Positions 37,399-48,297 are shown, counted from the first letter of the stretch. The stretch: DNA of 64,000 nucleotides from an uncultured Nitrososphaerota archaeon (GCA_963701075.1 OY969559.1:1-64000), one strand, 5' to 3'. Made by a program: numbers and translations. The notes: generated by a model from the letters alone, not told the origin.

Positions 37399-39062
37399 GT
37401 AAAGCCTGCCTCCTTTGCAATCTGAAGAAGTTCTGTTTTCTTCTTTCCCACTTCGTGTAGATCTATCCATTTAGTTACAAGTTCTGTACCGCCAAGACTG
37501 TGAGCTTTATTTATCAAAAGTTTTCTCCTTGCATGCATCAGGTGCTTTCGGAATTCCATCATGGTTAAACGCACATCTTTTTGTCCGATTATGGCGCTGC
37601 CTCCAACAAACACCCTAGCACCGTCCAAGAAGCACGATTCCACGTTTGATAAATCCACGCCACCGTCTGCCTCAATCAGGCCTTGGAAGTTTCGTTCTGC
37701 AAGGAATTTCGATATTCTTTGAGTTTTTTCGTGAGTTGATTCGATGTATTTTTGGCCTGACTTTCCAGGAATGACTGACATTATTACCAATTGATCCAAA
37801 TCTAGAATGAACTTTTCAGCCCAAGAGGGCAATTCTGTGTCAGGATTAATTGCAAGACCAAGACCTACCTCATTTGATCGTAGAATGTCATGAATTTCTC
37901 CAAAGCTTGATTCATCACAAACTTCTGCATGGACTGTGATAATATCGCTGCCAGCATTAGCATAGTCTCTAACATGCTTTACTGGTTCATTTATCATGAG
38001 ATGAGTGTCAAATGGAATTTGAGTGATTGGTCTTAGTTGCTTTATTTTTTCATGATCAAATGTTTTGTTAGGAACAAACTGGCCATCCATTACATCAAGA
38101 TGTATAAAGTCAGCTCTGCCATGAGATGCTCTTTTTACTTCATTTTCTAGATTGGCCATGTATCCTGCAATAATAGACGGCGCAATAAGAAACTGACAAT
38201 CAAGTTCGAGTTCAATTATTGGAGAGATTTTCGGATTTGGTGCAACACCATGCCATTTTGGATTATCCTCCATATGTTCAACGGATTTTCCTTTAATGGT
38301 TCGTGCCACAATTAGTGACGGTGTACCTCTAGTCTGTAGTGCAGAGTGTATTGCCTTTACAACCTGTTCTATGCGATGACCATCTATTTCTATAACATTC
38401 CATCCAAAGGCTCTCCATTTATCACCCACTTTCCATCTTGCTGCGTTTTTCCACATTTCAGAAATATCATCACCGACTAGTTCTTCGTCAAGGGGCATGA
38501 CTCGTTCAGTGTAATCGTCTTGTTGGATGAAATTTCTGTCCAGGAAAACTGTCAAGTTATCAAGCTTAAATTTCGAGCCTGCCATGGCTGCCTCCCATAC
38601 TTGTCCCTCATCGGATTCGCCATCGCCGACTATAGTGTAAATGTGATGAGTTTTGCTGTCCATTTTTGCTGCAAGTGCCATACCAATTGAAAATGACAGT
38701 CCCAAGCCAAGCGAACCACCACAGAACTCAACTCCAGGACACTTGAAATCTGGATGGCCTTGCAGCCTGCTTCCAAATTTTCGTAAAGTTTCCATTTCAG
38801 GTTTATCAAAGTATCCTGCAACTGCTAAATTTGAAAAGAGTCCAGGAGACGCATGGCCTTTTGATAGGACTAACCTATCCCTGTCCTGCCAAAGAGGGTC
38901 TTTTGGATCATAATGAAGGAACTTGGAGTACACACATCCCATGATTTCGGCCATAGAAAATGACCCTCCAGGATGACCAGAACCTGCAGCTGTTGTCCCT
39001 TTGATAACAAGTTTTCGGGCTTCTCGTACTCTTTTGAGAATATGATAGTAATTTAGGCCCAT
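37395..39062 (-). CDS. Transketolase N-terminal subunit fused to ribulose-phosphate 3-epimerase
   Basis: SGHPGGS, LSKGH and GDGE..EG (TPP), then IAPSI, HLDVMDGQFVPN and EADGG. Confidence 0.93.
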   Translation of the reverse strand: MGLNYYHILKRVREARKLVIKGTTAAGSGHPGGSFSMAEIMGCVYSKFLHYDPKDPLWQDRDRLVLSKGHASPGLFSNLAVAGYFDKPEMETLRKFGSRLQGHPDFKCPGVEFCGGSLGLGLSFSIGMALAAKMDSKTHHIYTIVGDGESDEGQVWEAAMAGSKFKLDNLTVFLDRNFIQQDDYTERVMPLDEELVGDDISEMWKNAARWKVGDKWRAFGWNVIEIDGHRIEQVVKAIHSALQTRGTPSLIVARTIKGKSVEHMEDNPKWHGVAPNPKISPIIELELDCQFLIAPSIIAGYMANLENEVKRASHGRADFIHLDVMDGQFVPNKTFDHEKIKQLRPITQIPFDTHLMINEPVKHVRDYANAGSDIITVHAEVCDESSFGEIHDILRSNEVGLGLAINPDTELPSWAEKFILDLDQLVIMSVIPGKSGQKYIESTHEKTQRISKFLAERNFQGLIEADGGVDLSNVESCFLDGARVFVGGSAIIGQKDVRLTMMEFRKHLMHARRKLLINKAHSLGGTELVTKWIDLHEVGKKKTELLQIAKEAGFT

Positions 39063-39188
39063 ATCTGTTCTAAAATTTGAATTTCTAGACAATCATTGTG
39101 CGAACTCAAACCCATGATTTTTAACGTACTTGGAGCCAATAAAAAGTTATTTCACAAAATTTTAATCTAAAGCAAGTCAATTAAAGAC

Positions 39189-39581
39189 ATGAAGATCAGA
39201 GATCTCTTGCCTATATTGATTTATGACGATAGTTGTTATCATTGCTCAAAATTTGCAAGTATTGCCAAGTCTCTTGCGGGAAAAAATATCCTAATTGTCG
39301 GTCACTATACTGATATCGGTAAAGAAATTAAATCAGAGATCTTTCCAAAGGATTATGATTCAACAAGAATGTTTTGGTTTGTGACAGACAAAATAGCATA
39401 TGGAGGAAGAGCAGGAGTTTTACCATTAATTTCCTTCATCCTCACGGGAAAATCTAGAAAAATTCCTGTGAAGGATATTCCTCTAATATACGGAAACGAT
39501 TGCAAGACTACAAGGGCGTTTTTTATGCGAGTAAGAACCCTTCTTTCAAACAGCCAAAAGATACCATTAAAGCAACTTTAG
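39189..39581 (+). CDS. DCC1/DUF393-like thiol-disulfide protein
   Basis: LIYDDSCYHC. Confidence 0.7.
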   Translation: MKIRDLLPILIYDDSCYHCSKFASIAKSLAGKNILIVGHYTDIGKEIKSEIFPKDYDSTRMFWFVTDKIAYGGRAGVLPLISFILTGKSRKIPVKDIPLIYGNDCKTTRAFFMRVRTLLSNSQKIPLKQL

Positions 39582-39588
39582 AATTGAA

Positions 39589-39717
39589 CTAGTATCCCCG
39601 ACTGTTTCTATCAGTAGTGCCAACATTTGGATTCCTAAATCCGTGTTTTTCCATCATGTGGTTGAGAAATCTGATATCATCAGTAAATTTTTCGCCGCAG
39701 ATTGCGCAGTTGGTCAT
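39589..39717 (-). CDS. 42-aa C2H2 zinc-finger microprotein (not in ORF track)
   Basis: MTNCAICGEKFTDDIRFLNHMMEKHG..., a CxxC-x12-H-x4-H pattern. Confidence 0.65.
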   Translation of the reverse strand: MTNCAICGEKFTDDIRFLNHMMEKHGFRNPNVGTTDRNSRGY

Positions 39718-39768
39718 AGATCTATCAAATAAACAGAGATCTTTTTAGTCTTTGTTACAATATAGAAT

Positions 39769-40029
39769 ATGATGGTAGGAATTCAAAAGTTACCTAAACT
39801 AACTTTTACCATAGATCCTAACGCCAACGGATACGTAGTAGGTTGCAACGAGATACCATATCTTTTCACGGATACGGATTCGGTCGAAGAGATTGACCAG
39901 ACTATAAGGGCGCTGATATCAGATTACGTAGAAAACTTTCCTGATGACGCCCAAAAGAGAGGCATTGACAAAAGTATTGCTACACAGGCAGTATGGAAAG
40001 GCTCTCCCAACTCGGTTGCATTAGAATAG
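39769..40029 (+). CDS. HicB-like small protein
   Basis: NGYVVGCNEIPYLFTDTDSVEE pattern. Confidence 0.55.
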   Translation: MMVGIQKLPKLTFTIDPNANGYVVGCNEIPYLFTDTDSVEEIDQTIRALISDYVENFPDDAQKRGIDKSIATQAVWKGSPNSVALE

Positions 40030-40032
40030 AAA

Positions 40033-40151
40033 GGGCGCCAGCACTACTGCTTCCCAAGGGCTCTCGCACCTTAGTAACACAGTAGCGACATTGGGTTTGA
40101 CTTCCGGGTTCGGAATGGGACCGGGTCGGACCCCAACGCTATGGCCGGCTT
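40033..40151 (-). rRNA. rrf: 5S rRNA (solitary)
   Basis: GCCGGCCATAGCG...CCCGGTCCCATTCCGAACCCGGAAGTCAA...GGGAAGC..GCTGGC. Confidence 0.96.
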
Positions 40152-40225
40152 GATAGTTTGGCAAATAATGTCCTGTATTAATCTTGCTTGATAGAGATAT
40201 AAATTCAGGATGGCGTTTGTTAGTC

Positions 40226-42010
40226 ATGACTCATCGAGTAGCAGTTCTTGATAAGGAAGCCTGCCAGCCAAAAAAGTGCGGGCTTGAGTGTATCAAATAT
40301 TGCCCCGTAAACAAATCAGGGGCAGACTGCATAATACAAAATCAAGAGACTGGAAAGGCCCAGATCGATGAGAACATCTGCAACGGATGCGGAATTTGCG
40401 TAAAGGTTTGTCCTTTTGATGCAATAACAATTGTCAATCTTGCAGAGGAATTAAAATCTGATAAGATTCATCAATATGGATTAAACTCATTTAGACTATA
40501 TCGAATTCCTGCCTTAAAGAAAGGCCAAGTGATGGGCTTACTTGGAAGAAACGGAATAGGAAAAAGTACTGTGGTGAACATTTTGTCTGGAAATCTCAGG
40601 CCAAATCTTGGTAATTATTCTTCACCTCCAGAATGGAGCGATGTTTTGAAACATTTCCAAGGTACGGAATTAAAGTTGCATTTCGAAAAAATTTCAAATA
40701 ATGATTTAAAGGCTTCTATAAAACCACAACAAGTCTACAATCTTGCAAAGGTCTTTGATGGAACTGCAAAAGAGTTGCTTGAAAAATATGATGAACGAAA
40801 TAAGGTTCCTGAGCTTGTGCAAGAACTTGGTTTGCAAAATGCTCTTGATACCAGGATAGCTGAGTTGAGCGGTGGAGAATTACAGAGGATTGCAGTAGCA
40901 GTAGCAGCCTCAAGAGAGGCCGATTTTTACTTTTTTGACGAGCCTTCTTCATACAATGATGTTTTTCAGAGAATGGGTGTAGCACGCGTTATACAGAACC
41001 TTGCAAAGATTGAAAAAAGCGTCATGGTAGTAGAGCACGACCTGACCTTGCTTGATTATCTCAGCGACTTTATTGAGATCGTCTATGGAGAGCCTGCAGC
41101 ATATGGAATAGTTGCAAACATGCTTTCAACAAAAGTTGGGATAAACGTCTTCTTGGACGGTTACTTACCCAACGAAAATGTAAGGTTTAGAGATGTAGCA
41201 TTTAGATTCGATGCATCCACATCAGCAGATGAATTTGTCATGATAGAAAATATTATTGAATATCCTGTCTTGGAGAAGAAATTTGCTAATTTTTCTCTAA
41301 CAATTGATGCAGGCAGAATCCGAAAGAGCGAAGTACTTGGAATAGTAGGTGCAAATGCGTTAGGAAAAACAACTATGATGAAGATGATAGCTGGTGTTGA
41401 GAAAATAGATTCTGGAGTGATCGATACCAAAATCAAGATAGCATACAAGCCACAATATCTTTCAAACGATTATGACGTTGAGGTGGTTTCATTATTAGAA
41501 AGGGCAAACAATGGAGGTATCGACGGAACAACAGAGGAAGAACTTATTGTTCATCCTATGAAAATAAAAAAACTATACAATAAATCAGTTAAAAACTTGT
41601 CAGGCGGTGAACTTCAGAAAGTAGCAATTGCCACATGTTTATTACAAAAAGTTGATCTGTATGCACTTGATGAGCCTTCTGCGTTTCTTGATGTAGAAGA
41701 TAGAATTGCAATAGCAAAATTAATTCAGAGATTTGTTCGTTCTTATGGAAAATCAGCAATAATAATTGATCATGATATACAGCTTATGGATTTGATTTCA
41801 GATTCTCTTGTAATATTCCATGGTAACCCCGGTAGAGAAGGACATGCGACATCCCCAATGTCAAAAGCTGAAGGAATGAATCAATTTTTGAGGTCACTAG
41901 ATATTACTTATCGAAGAGATGAAACAAGTATGAGGCCACGAGTAAACAAATCAGAAAGCAGATTAGATAGAGGACAGAAACAATCGGGGCATTTCTATTA
42001 TAGAAATTGA
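40226..42010 (+). CDS. ABCE1/RLI ribosome-recycling ATPase
   Basis: Two Fe-S motifs (CQPKKC..C..YCP; CNGCGICVKVCP) and two ABC domains with LSGGELQ. Confidence 0.97.
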   Translation: MTHRVAVLDKEACQPKKCGLECIKYCPVNKSGADCIIQNQETGKAQIDENICNGCGICVKVCPFDAITIVNLAEELKSDKIHQYGLNSFRLYRIPALKKGQVMGLLGRNGIGKSTVVNILSGNLRPNLGNYSSPPEWSDVLKHFQGTELKLHFEKISNNDLKASIKPQQVYNLAKVFDGTAKELLEKYDERNKVPELVQELGLQNALDTRIAELSGGELQRIAVAVAASREADFYFFDEPSSYNDVFQRMGVARVIQNLAKIEKSVMVVEHDLTLLDYLSDFIEIVYGEPAAYGIVANMLSTKVGINVFLDGYLPNENVRFRDVAFRFDASTSADEFVMIENIIEYPVLEKKFANFSLTIDAGRIRKSEVLGIVGANALGKTTMMKMIAGVEKIDSGVIDTKIKIAYKPQYLSNDYDVEVVSLLERANNGGIDGTTEEELIVHPMKIKKLYNKSVKNLSGGELQKVAIATCLLQKVDLYALDEPSAFLDVEDRIAIAKLIQRFVRSYGKSAIIIDHDIQLMDLISDSLVIFHGNPGREGHATSPMSKAEGMNQFLRSLDITYRRDETSMRPRVNKSESRLDRGQKQSGHFYYRN

Positions 42011-42015
42011 CAAAG

Positions 42016-42844
42016 ATGCTAAAACAAGCAATGGCAAGCATACTGACATCAGAGGAAACTGAAGAGTCTATACGGTGCATTTGACCAGATAGGAAGCATA
42101 ATAATATTAAGAATTCCAGACACCCTACTTTCCAAAAGAAAGCTAATAGGTGAAATTCTCTTGGAAAAGGTAAAAACTGCCAAGTCAATCTTTTATCAAT
42201 CATCGCCAGTAGAAGGAGATTACCGAATTCGTCAACTAGAATTGCTTGCCGGAGAAGACAATACGGTAACAGAGTACAAAGAACATGGTTGCAGATTCAA
42301 GGTGGACGTTGAAAAGACATTCTTTTCACCCAGGCTTGCAACGGAACGTCTCAGAATAGCGGATTTAGTAAAAGAGGGCGAAATAATCATCAATATGTTC
42401 GGTGGAGTAGGGATGTTTTCCATAGTAGCTGCAAAAAAGAAAAAATGTCATGTCTATAACATAGACATAAACCCACATGCAGCAAAACTCTGTTCAGAAA
42501 ATGTCATTCTTAACAAGTTAAAGGGCACAGTAGAGTCAATAGAAGGAGACGCTGTAGACATTATAGAAAAAAAACTAGTTAACAGTGGAGATAGAGTTCT
42601 AATGTTACTTCCCGAGAGATCAGACGAATTCTTGGATGTTGCCATAAAGGCATTAAAACAAAAAGGGATTCTGCATTATTATTGTCACATACATTCAGAT
42701 AAAAAAAGTCAGGTCTCAGAAGTAGTCACTAATCATTTCTTATCAGTTGTAAAATTCAAATCAGAAATACTTGGTGCAAAAATTGTCAGACCAGTAGGTC
42801 CAAGGTTTTACCAAGCCGTAGTAGATGCTGTAATATCTAAATGA
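42016..42844 (+). CDS. Trm5/Taw2-family tRNA methyltransferase; +1 frameshift near 42067
   Basis: FDQIGSI, YKEHGCRF, FFSPRL..ER, NMFGGVG and DINP. Confidence 0.88.
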
Positions 42845-43081
42845 TTATTTTTTATCGTCGGTAATAAAAGAAGATGGTGACGGCCGAGATGTTGCCATGT
42901 TATATCCTATCCAAGATATTACTCCCAAAATTCCTCCCACTGCCATAAGTACTGAGAGTTGAAGCACTATTGGGCTCCATTCTGAAAGCATCAACAGATA
43001 TGCATATACAAAGAATCCCCCTATTGATAAGACGAAAATCATTATTCCCATAGAACGTCGTTTTGCCATAACGCTAAACAC
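42845..43081 (-). CDS. Small two-TM conserved archaeal protein
   Basis: Two TM helices ending WIGYNMAT. Confidence 0.7.
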   Translation of the reverse strand: MFSVMAKRRSMGIMIFVLSIGGFFVYAYLLMLSEWSPIVLQLSVLMAVGGILGVISWIGYNMATSRPSPSSFITDDKK

Positions 43082-43105
43082 TTTTGCAGAGTTATTTATT
43101 TTAAT

Positions 43106-43606
43106 CTAGTATGAGAATTCAATTGTCATAAGATAAGCGTCCTCGCCATCTCGGTAGTATGCCTTCAGCCTCTGTTTTATTATAAAACCAAGTTTCTCAT
43201 ACAGTTTTATTGCTTCATTATTACTACATCTCACCTCAAGATACAGTTCGTCTGATTTCTTTAGTTTTACACCTACTATGGCCTCTTCAACTAGTGCCCT
43301 ACCAATTCCCTTCTGCCTATGTTCAGGCAAAACTGCAATAGAGACAACATGGCCTTTTTTCACAAACCCGAGTTTTTTGAAATTTGAAAAGCCATATTCA
43401 ATTTTACACATTATGTATCCAACTAATTTTTGCTCAGCCTCAGCCACAAGAAATGCCTCTGGCAACTCAGCAAGTAGGCTTTCATAGAAATAATCCGAAT
43501 AGTGTTCGGGGAGGGTTTTTAGGTTGATCTCCATTACAGGGATTATATCAGAGGGATCACATCTTCGAATTACGCAGTTACCAATGTCTCTGAGAGCCAC
43601 TTGCAT
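43106..43606 (-). CDS. rimI: N-terminal acetyltransferase Ard1/RimI
   Basis: LPEHY, GHVVSIAV..RQKGIG, YLEVRCSN and YYRDGEDA. Confidence 0.93.
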   Translation of the reverse strand: MQVALRDIGNCVIRRCDPSDIIPVMEINLKTLPEHYSDYFYESLLAELPEAFLVAEAEQKLVGYIMCKIEYGFSNFKKLGFVKKGHVVSIAVLPEHRQKGIGRALVEEAIVGVKLKKSDELYLEVRCSNNEAIKLYEKLGFIIKQRLKAYYRDGEDAYLMTIEFSY

Positions 43607-43684
43607 ACGAGAATACTTGAATTATTAATTATTTAACTTTAAGCAAATAAAAGAATTAATGTAAATGGATTATAGTAGTATTGA

Positions 43685-44767
43685 TTGAGCGCGCCAACTA
43701 TAGATGAAGTCATATCTACTGTTTCTACTTTTTGCACCATAAAAGGAATAAACCAAACTACTGCATCTTTGGAAATTGAGATAAATGAAACAATTGTAAC
43801 AGAAAAATTCAGAGATCTTGCACAAAACATGGAACAGAGAAATCTCATTGCAAGACTAGAGAAAAATTCGAAAGGTACGTTTATCATAATATCAAGATTC
43901 CAACCTCCTACAGCTAGAAGGGCATGGATTCCCCGTGTACTGTTTGCTGGAACCATCATGACGGTAATGATAGATGGATACTATCGTGCAGTATCAACAA
44001 ATTCGATCGCAAAGGTTGGAGACCCGCTTTCCATAGCAATTTTTTATACAATATCATTGATGGGAATTCTTGGCATCCATGAATTAGGCCACATCATAGC
44101 ATCAAAAAAACATAAACTCAAAGTAAGCTGGCCATATTTTATTCCAGGAATTCCAATAATTGGATTCATTCCTACATTTGGTGCTCTTATCATGTCACGC
44201 GGCCTAATCATAAATAGAAACATGCTCTTTGATGTTGGAATATCAGGACCCATAGCAGGTCTTGTTGTTGCGATACTTGTTTCAACCTATGGTGCATCCA
44301 TTTCTCCTTTGATACCAATTTCGTCTGTTCAGGAATTATCCGCAAAACAAGGACTTGTGGATATCCACTCAAGTGTTCTCATGGATGCGACAATTGCTCT
44401 TGCAGGCAAACACATACCAGGAAAAGAACTCGTCATGTCACCAGTTTTGTTAGCAGCTTGGTTTGGATTTCTCATTACTTTCTTGAATCTTCTTCCAGCA
44501 TGGCAGCTTGATGGTGGTCACATGGCACGAGCAACGTTTGGAATAAAATGGCACCGGCTTCTCACTTATGTTAGCATAGGAATACTTGCAGTTACTGGGT
44601 ATTTCATAATGGCATTTTTGGTATTGACGTTGAGCATGAGAAGTCCAGATGCAAAACCCCTAGATGACATATCACCACTTTCCTCAAAAAGAAAAAAAAT
44701 ATTTGTATTTGTTATGATTCTAGCTTTTCTTTGTGCGCCTCTTCCGTTTTCAATATTACCTCAGTAG
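43685..44767 (+). CDS. Site-2 protease (M50)
   Basis: HELGH and NLLPAWQLDGGH. Confidence 0.93.
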   Translation: MSAPTIDEVISTVSTFCTIKGINQTTASLEIEINETIVTEKFRDLAQNMEQRNLIARLEKNSKGTFIIISRFQPPTARRAWIPRVLFAGTIMTVMIDGYYRAVSTNSIAKVGDPLSIAIFYTISLMGILGIHELGHIIASKKHKLKVSWPYFIPGIPIIGFIPTFGALIMSRGLIINRNMLFDVGISGPIAGLVVAILVSTYGASISPLIPISSVQELSAKQGLVDIHSSVLMDATIALAGKHIPGKELVMSPVLLAAWFGFLITFLNLLPAWQLDGGHMARATFGIKWHRLLTYVSIGILAVTGYFIMAFLVLTLSMRSPDAKPLDDISPLSSKRKKIFVFVMILAFLCAPLPFSILPQ

Positions 44768-45844
44768 AACACGCGAGCCATCTGATACTATGACGGCTTT
44801 TTGTCTCTCACCATATGTTTTGAGCACATATTCCATTGATTCTTTGGTTCCTCCAAACGGAATCATTGCAAGCTTGTCTTTGCTATAGTAATGCGGCAAT
44901 ACAGAGACGATCCCAATTTTGATTAGTTTTTGAATCTCAGTTAAGAAAAGAAGGTTTTCCATACCATCAACATACTTGGCAGGACTCTTTAGCCGGTCCA
45001 AGCTCATACTGCCTTCGGCATATTGAAGAAGGGCTTCTGCCCCCAGTCCATTTTTACACTCAGCCAATAGTATTGCAAGACCTTCTTCTTTTACAGCATT
45101 TGCACAATTCCATAATGCAGAAAGTGATCTGCTCAATGTTTCATTGCTTGCTTCCTTGCCAGTGCTGATAAACAACACTCTATGTTTACCTACGTCATTT
45201 ATCATTGCAGAAGACAGAGATTTGGAGAGTGCTATTGTAGAAGATGGATGTCCTACAGATACATCAACTACCCCTGATGAATTTGCAACCACTTCAAGTG
45301 ATGATATCTCAAACCCATCTGTGAATTTTTTTGCCACCTCAATAGTTGACAAATCCTCTCCTGGATGTGGCATGTTTCCAGTTTTCTTTTCATATGCCTC
45401 CAACATCTGTTCTTTTCCAAATCTTCGCAATAATTTTGTAGATACTGTGCTATATCCAAATAATCCATCAAATTCCATTTCACCAACAAACATAAGATTG
45501 GTACCTGTTAGCTGAGAATTGTTAAATTCAGAAATTAATATGGAAGGATCGGAGAACATGTTTTTGACAAGATGTAGATTTGATTTATCTACAAGAATTC
45601 GGGGTTTGGGAAGTGATTTTTGATTACAAATTTCCAATAGACCAGAGATTACTTTTTGAACAGCTTTTGTGGATTCCAAAATAACAATCTCGGTTGGTTT
45701 TGTAAGATCTATTGACTGCAATTTTGAGGCAATGCCAGAATCACTCAAATTTGTGCCCTCTAGTCCTATTTGTCTCTCAAGGTTCTCAGCCTTTATGTCC
45801 AATACAACCTCTGTTGGACCGTAGCTAAGCCAAATCTCAGGCAT
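44756..45844 (-). CDS. LarA (lactate racemase)-like domain protein, conserved in AOA
   Basis: MPEIWLSYG N-terminus and VKEEG.AILLAECKNGLG. Confidence 0.7.
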   Translation of the reverse strand: MPEIWLSYGPTEVVLDIKAENLERQIGLEGTNLSDSGIASKLQSIDLTKPTEIVILESTKAVQKVISGLLEICNQKSLPKPRILVDKSNLHLVKNMFSDPSILISEFNNSQLTGTNLMFVGEMEFDGLFGYSTVSTKLLRRFGKEQMLEAYEKKTGNMPHPGEDLSTIEVAKKFTDGFEISSLEVVANSSGVVDVSVGHPSSTIALSKSLSSAMINDVGKHRVLFISTGKEASNETLSRSLSALWNCANAVKEEGLAILLAECKNGLGAEALLQYAEGSMSLDRLKSPAKYVDGMENLLFLTEIQKLIKIGIVSVLPHYYSKDKLAMIPFGGTKESMEYVLKTYGERQKAVIVSDGSRVLLR

Positions 45845-45893
45845 ACCATACCGATGGGACAGTTAAAATAAATCTAGTTCGGTAAATTTTGCT

Positions 45894-46503
45894 GTGGATT
45901 TTGTCAAAGAATTTGCAATATTTTTACAGGAAAGTACTGCCATAAAGTTTGGAGATTTCAACCTTTCTAGCGGAAAGAAGAGTGCATATTACATTGATCT
46001 TCGAATAATACCGAGTTTTCCACACCAATTTAGGAAGATGATAAAACATCTTCAAAACACCATTGCTGAAAAAATCGGCCTGGATAGCTTTGATTGTATT
46101 GCATCAGTACCAACATCTGGACTTGTGATAGACTTCTGCATTAGCAATAGAAACAGTGAAGCCACTTGTATACATCAGACAAAAACCAAAAGACTATGGT
46201 ACAGGCAGCCTAATCGAGGGGAAGATAATGCAAGGAACAAAGGTATTACTTGTTGATGACGTGGGAACAACAGGACAGTCCCTAGTTAGTGCCATCAGAG
46301 CACTAAAGGATGCTAAAATGATCGTAACTGACGCGTTTGTGATAGTAAATAGATTCGAAGGCGCAAGAGAACTTTTGGCATCAGAAGGTGTAAGATTACA
46401 TGAAGTCATGGATGTGATACAGATCTCAAGTATATTATATCATGAAAAATTACTTGACGAACAAACGTTTGAACGAATTAAAAAACAAATGAATGTGGCC
46501 TAA
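45894..46503 (+). CDS. pyrE: Orotate phosphoribosyltransferase; +1 frameshift near 46132
   Basis: FGDFNLSSGKKSAYYIDLR, RQKPKDYG and VDDVGTTG. Confidence 0.93.
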
Positions 46504-46523
46504 TCCAAAAAAAACTTGTACAT

Positions 46524-47087
46524 TTAGCTTTCATAGATCATTAGTTCTTTTTCTTCAAGTAGTGTGTGTAGATTATGTACCGCACGGTATACATCAGACT
46601 CTTTCTTTGCTCCGGTACAGACCAATTTTCCTGATGCAAATAACAAGATAACTGTCTTGGGATCAAGCATTCTGTGTATCAGACCAGGAAATTGTTCTGG
46701 CTCATACATGCTCCTAGACAAGCTTCTTGCTGCCTGTTCTAGATGTATTCTTCCTCCAAGACTGGCTGAGGCCACTATGTTTTGGATGACTATTACCGCA
46801 TCTTTTTTTATCTTGATTCCTCCTTTTCTTAATTTTTGGACTACACTTCGCACTGCTTTGATTGCCTGTTCTTCAGATTTTGCACCGGTGCAAACCATTT
46901 TACCTGAGCTAAAGATCAGTGTTGCAGTCTTGGGAGATTTTATTCTAAAGACAAGACCTGGAAATTGATCAGGATGATATTCAACATCAGGAAAAGTTTG
47001 AGTGATAACGTTAAGATCAATGCGTTGATCAACTGAAGCAGAAGCCACAACATTTTCAATGCTAACGATAGGTTTTGTTTGAGGCAT
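46524..47087 (-). CDS. tbp: TATA-box-binding protein
   Basis: Duplicated NVVAS..QFPGL..LIFSSGKMVCTGAK. Confidence 0.98.
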   Translation of the reverse strand: MPQTKPIVSIENVVASASVDQRIDLNVITQTFPDVEYHPDQFPGLVFRIKSPKTATLIFSSGKMVCTGAKSEEQAIKAVRSVVQKLRKGGIKIKKDAVIVIQNIVASASLGGRIHLEQAARSLSRSMYEPEQFPGLIHRMLDPKTVILLFASGKLVCTGAKKESDVYRAVHNLHTLLEEKELMIYES

Positions 47088-47367
47088 TCCGCTGTTTATA
47101 TATGGGCTTTATATATACTCTGTAACGTTTCATGACGGTGTTCTTTGTGTCAAATTTATCAGATCACTTTTAGATTTTTGGCAGCTCAGACAAATGCCTT
47201 TACATCATTCATTTCAGCCATAACTCTGATTCCTCATTGCAGCCAAATCAAGATAGTTAACTGATTATTTTAAAATTGGTTTCATGGTTTAAACAAGTGT
47301 GAAAGTAGAATTACTAAACCGAGTTTTCCTTTAGAACACAACAAAAATTGATTGAGAGTTAAATTGA

Positions 47368-47441
47368 TGGGCCCAAAGGGCTTCGATCCCTTGGCTCACC
47401 GGTTATGAGCCGGTTACTCTACCAAGCTGAGTTATGGGCCC
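47368..47441 (-). tRNA. tRNA with CAU anticodon, probably tRNA-Ile2 (agmatidine-modified)
   Basis: GGGCCCA acceptor (Ile-like; not the initiator A1:U72) and ACCGG-CTCATAA-CCGGT. Confidence 0.9.
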
Positions 47442-47483
47442 AACGACAGAACAATTCGGTATGTAATATAAAATGGTATAGAG

Positions 47484-48134
47484 CTAGCAATATGCTTGAT
47501 AGCAACTGTCCAGTAAGAGATTCTGAGCTTCCATTGACTTGCTAGCAATTTGAACTAGATCATCTTCTTTGGATGCTGATGACTTTTCAAGGACTTTTCT
47601 CCATAATGCCGCGTGTCTAATATCGGCCTCAGTATGAATTCTGAAATATTCAATTGCGTCGTCATCTGATATACCATAGAATTTCCTCAGACCATCAATC
47701 TTTGAAAGGCTGATCTTTGGAATTTCTTGTTCTAGCGCATACATTGCTGCTGCACCTTCTTCAAAGGGAGTCATCAATGCAGATAGATTAGATACTGCCT
47801 GTCTTGTCTTATCAAGACCCACGTAATTTTGTATTTCGTCATGTGAGATTCCTAAGGAACCTGCAAATTTTGTCCAAGGTTCAATATGCTCATATTCTTC
47901 ATTTTGGTTTACTGATATTTTTCCCCTTAGGTCAGATGGGCTGTTTTTCATTATTGCTCCAACAAAGGAAGGAACAGATTTTACTAACTGAAAGTATTCT
48001 TTGGAATAACCACTAAGGGATTCAAGTGATAATTGGCCCTCATTCCACATTACATAGAATTTGTGTTTTAGGAGACTTTGTTCTTCAATGATTTTATCAA
48101 TTCTTTGAATGAGGGTGCTCATGCGATTTATCAA
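47484..48134 (-). CDS. CADD/PqqC/TenA-family heme-oxygenase-like di-metal protein
   Basis: LLKHKFY..W..G.L, EE..H and YF.IH.EAD.RH. Confidence 0.85.
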   Translation of the reverse strand: MINRMSTLIQRIDKIIEEQSLLKHKFYVMWNEGQLSLESLSGYSKEYFQLVKSVPSFVGAIMKNSPSDLRGKISVNQNEEYEHIEPWTKFAGSLGISHDEIQNYVGLDKTRQAVSNLSALMTPFEEGAAAMYALEQEIPKISLSKIDGLRKFYGISDDDAIEYFRIHTEADIRHAALWRKVLEKSSASKEDDLVQIASKSMEAQNLLLDSCYQAYC

Positions 48135-48206
48135 AATTCAGTACTAAAAAAATCTTTTGAATGACTCCAAAAGGATTTTATGGATAAGAAACAGGATGCA
48201 GGTCAG

Positions 48207-48297
48207 GCTCCAGTGGTGTAGACCGGTCAAGCATGGGGGACTTTCAATCCTCCGACCCGGGTTCAAATTCTATTCGATGAAAATCCCGGCTGGAGCA
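48207..48297 (+). tRNA. tRNA-Glu(UUC) with a 16-nt T-loop intron (~48268-48283)
   Basis: GCTCCAG..CTGGAGCA; GGGGA-CTTTCAA-TCCTC; GGGTTCAAA[TTCTATTCGATGAAAA]TCCCGG. Confidence 0.9.

Noticed and set aside
37395-39062. Transketolase-N/Rpe fusion as a novelty
   Set aside because: To my recollection this fusion is the usual arrangement in ammonia-oxidising archaea.
40021-40227. 68-aa ORF and the extended ABCE1 start
   Set aside because: The ORF overlaps the 5S rRNA, and ABCE1 most likely starts at 40226.
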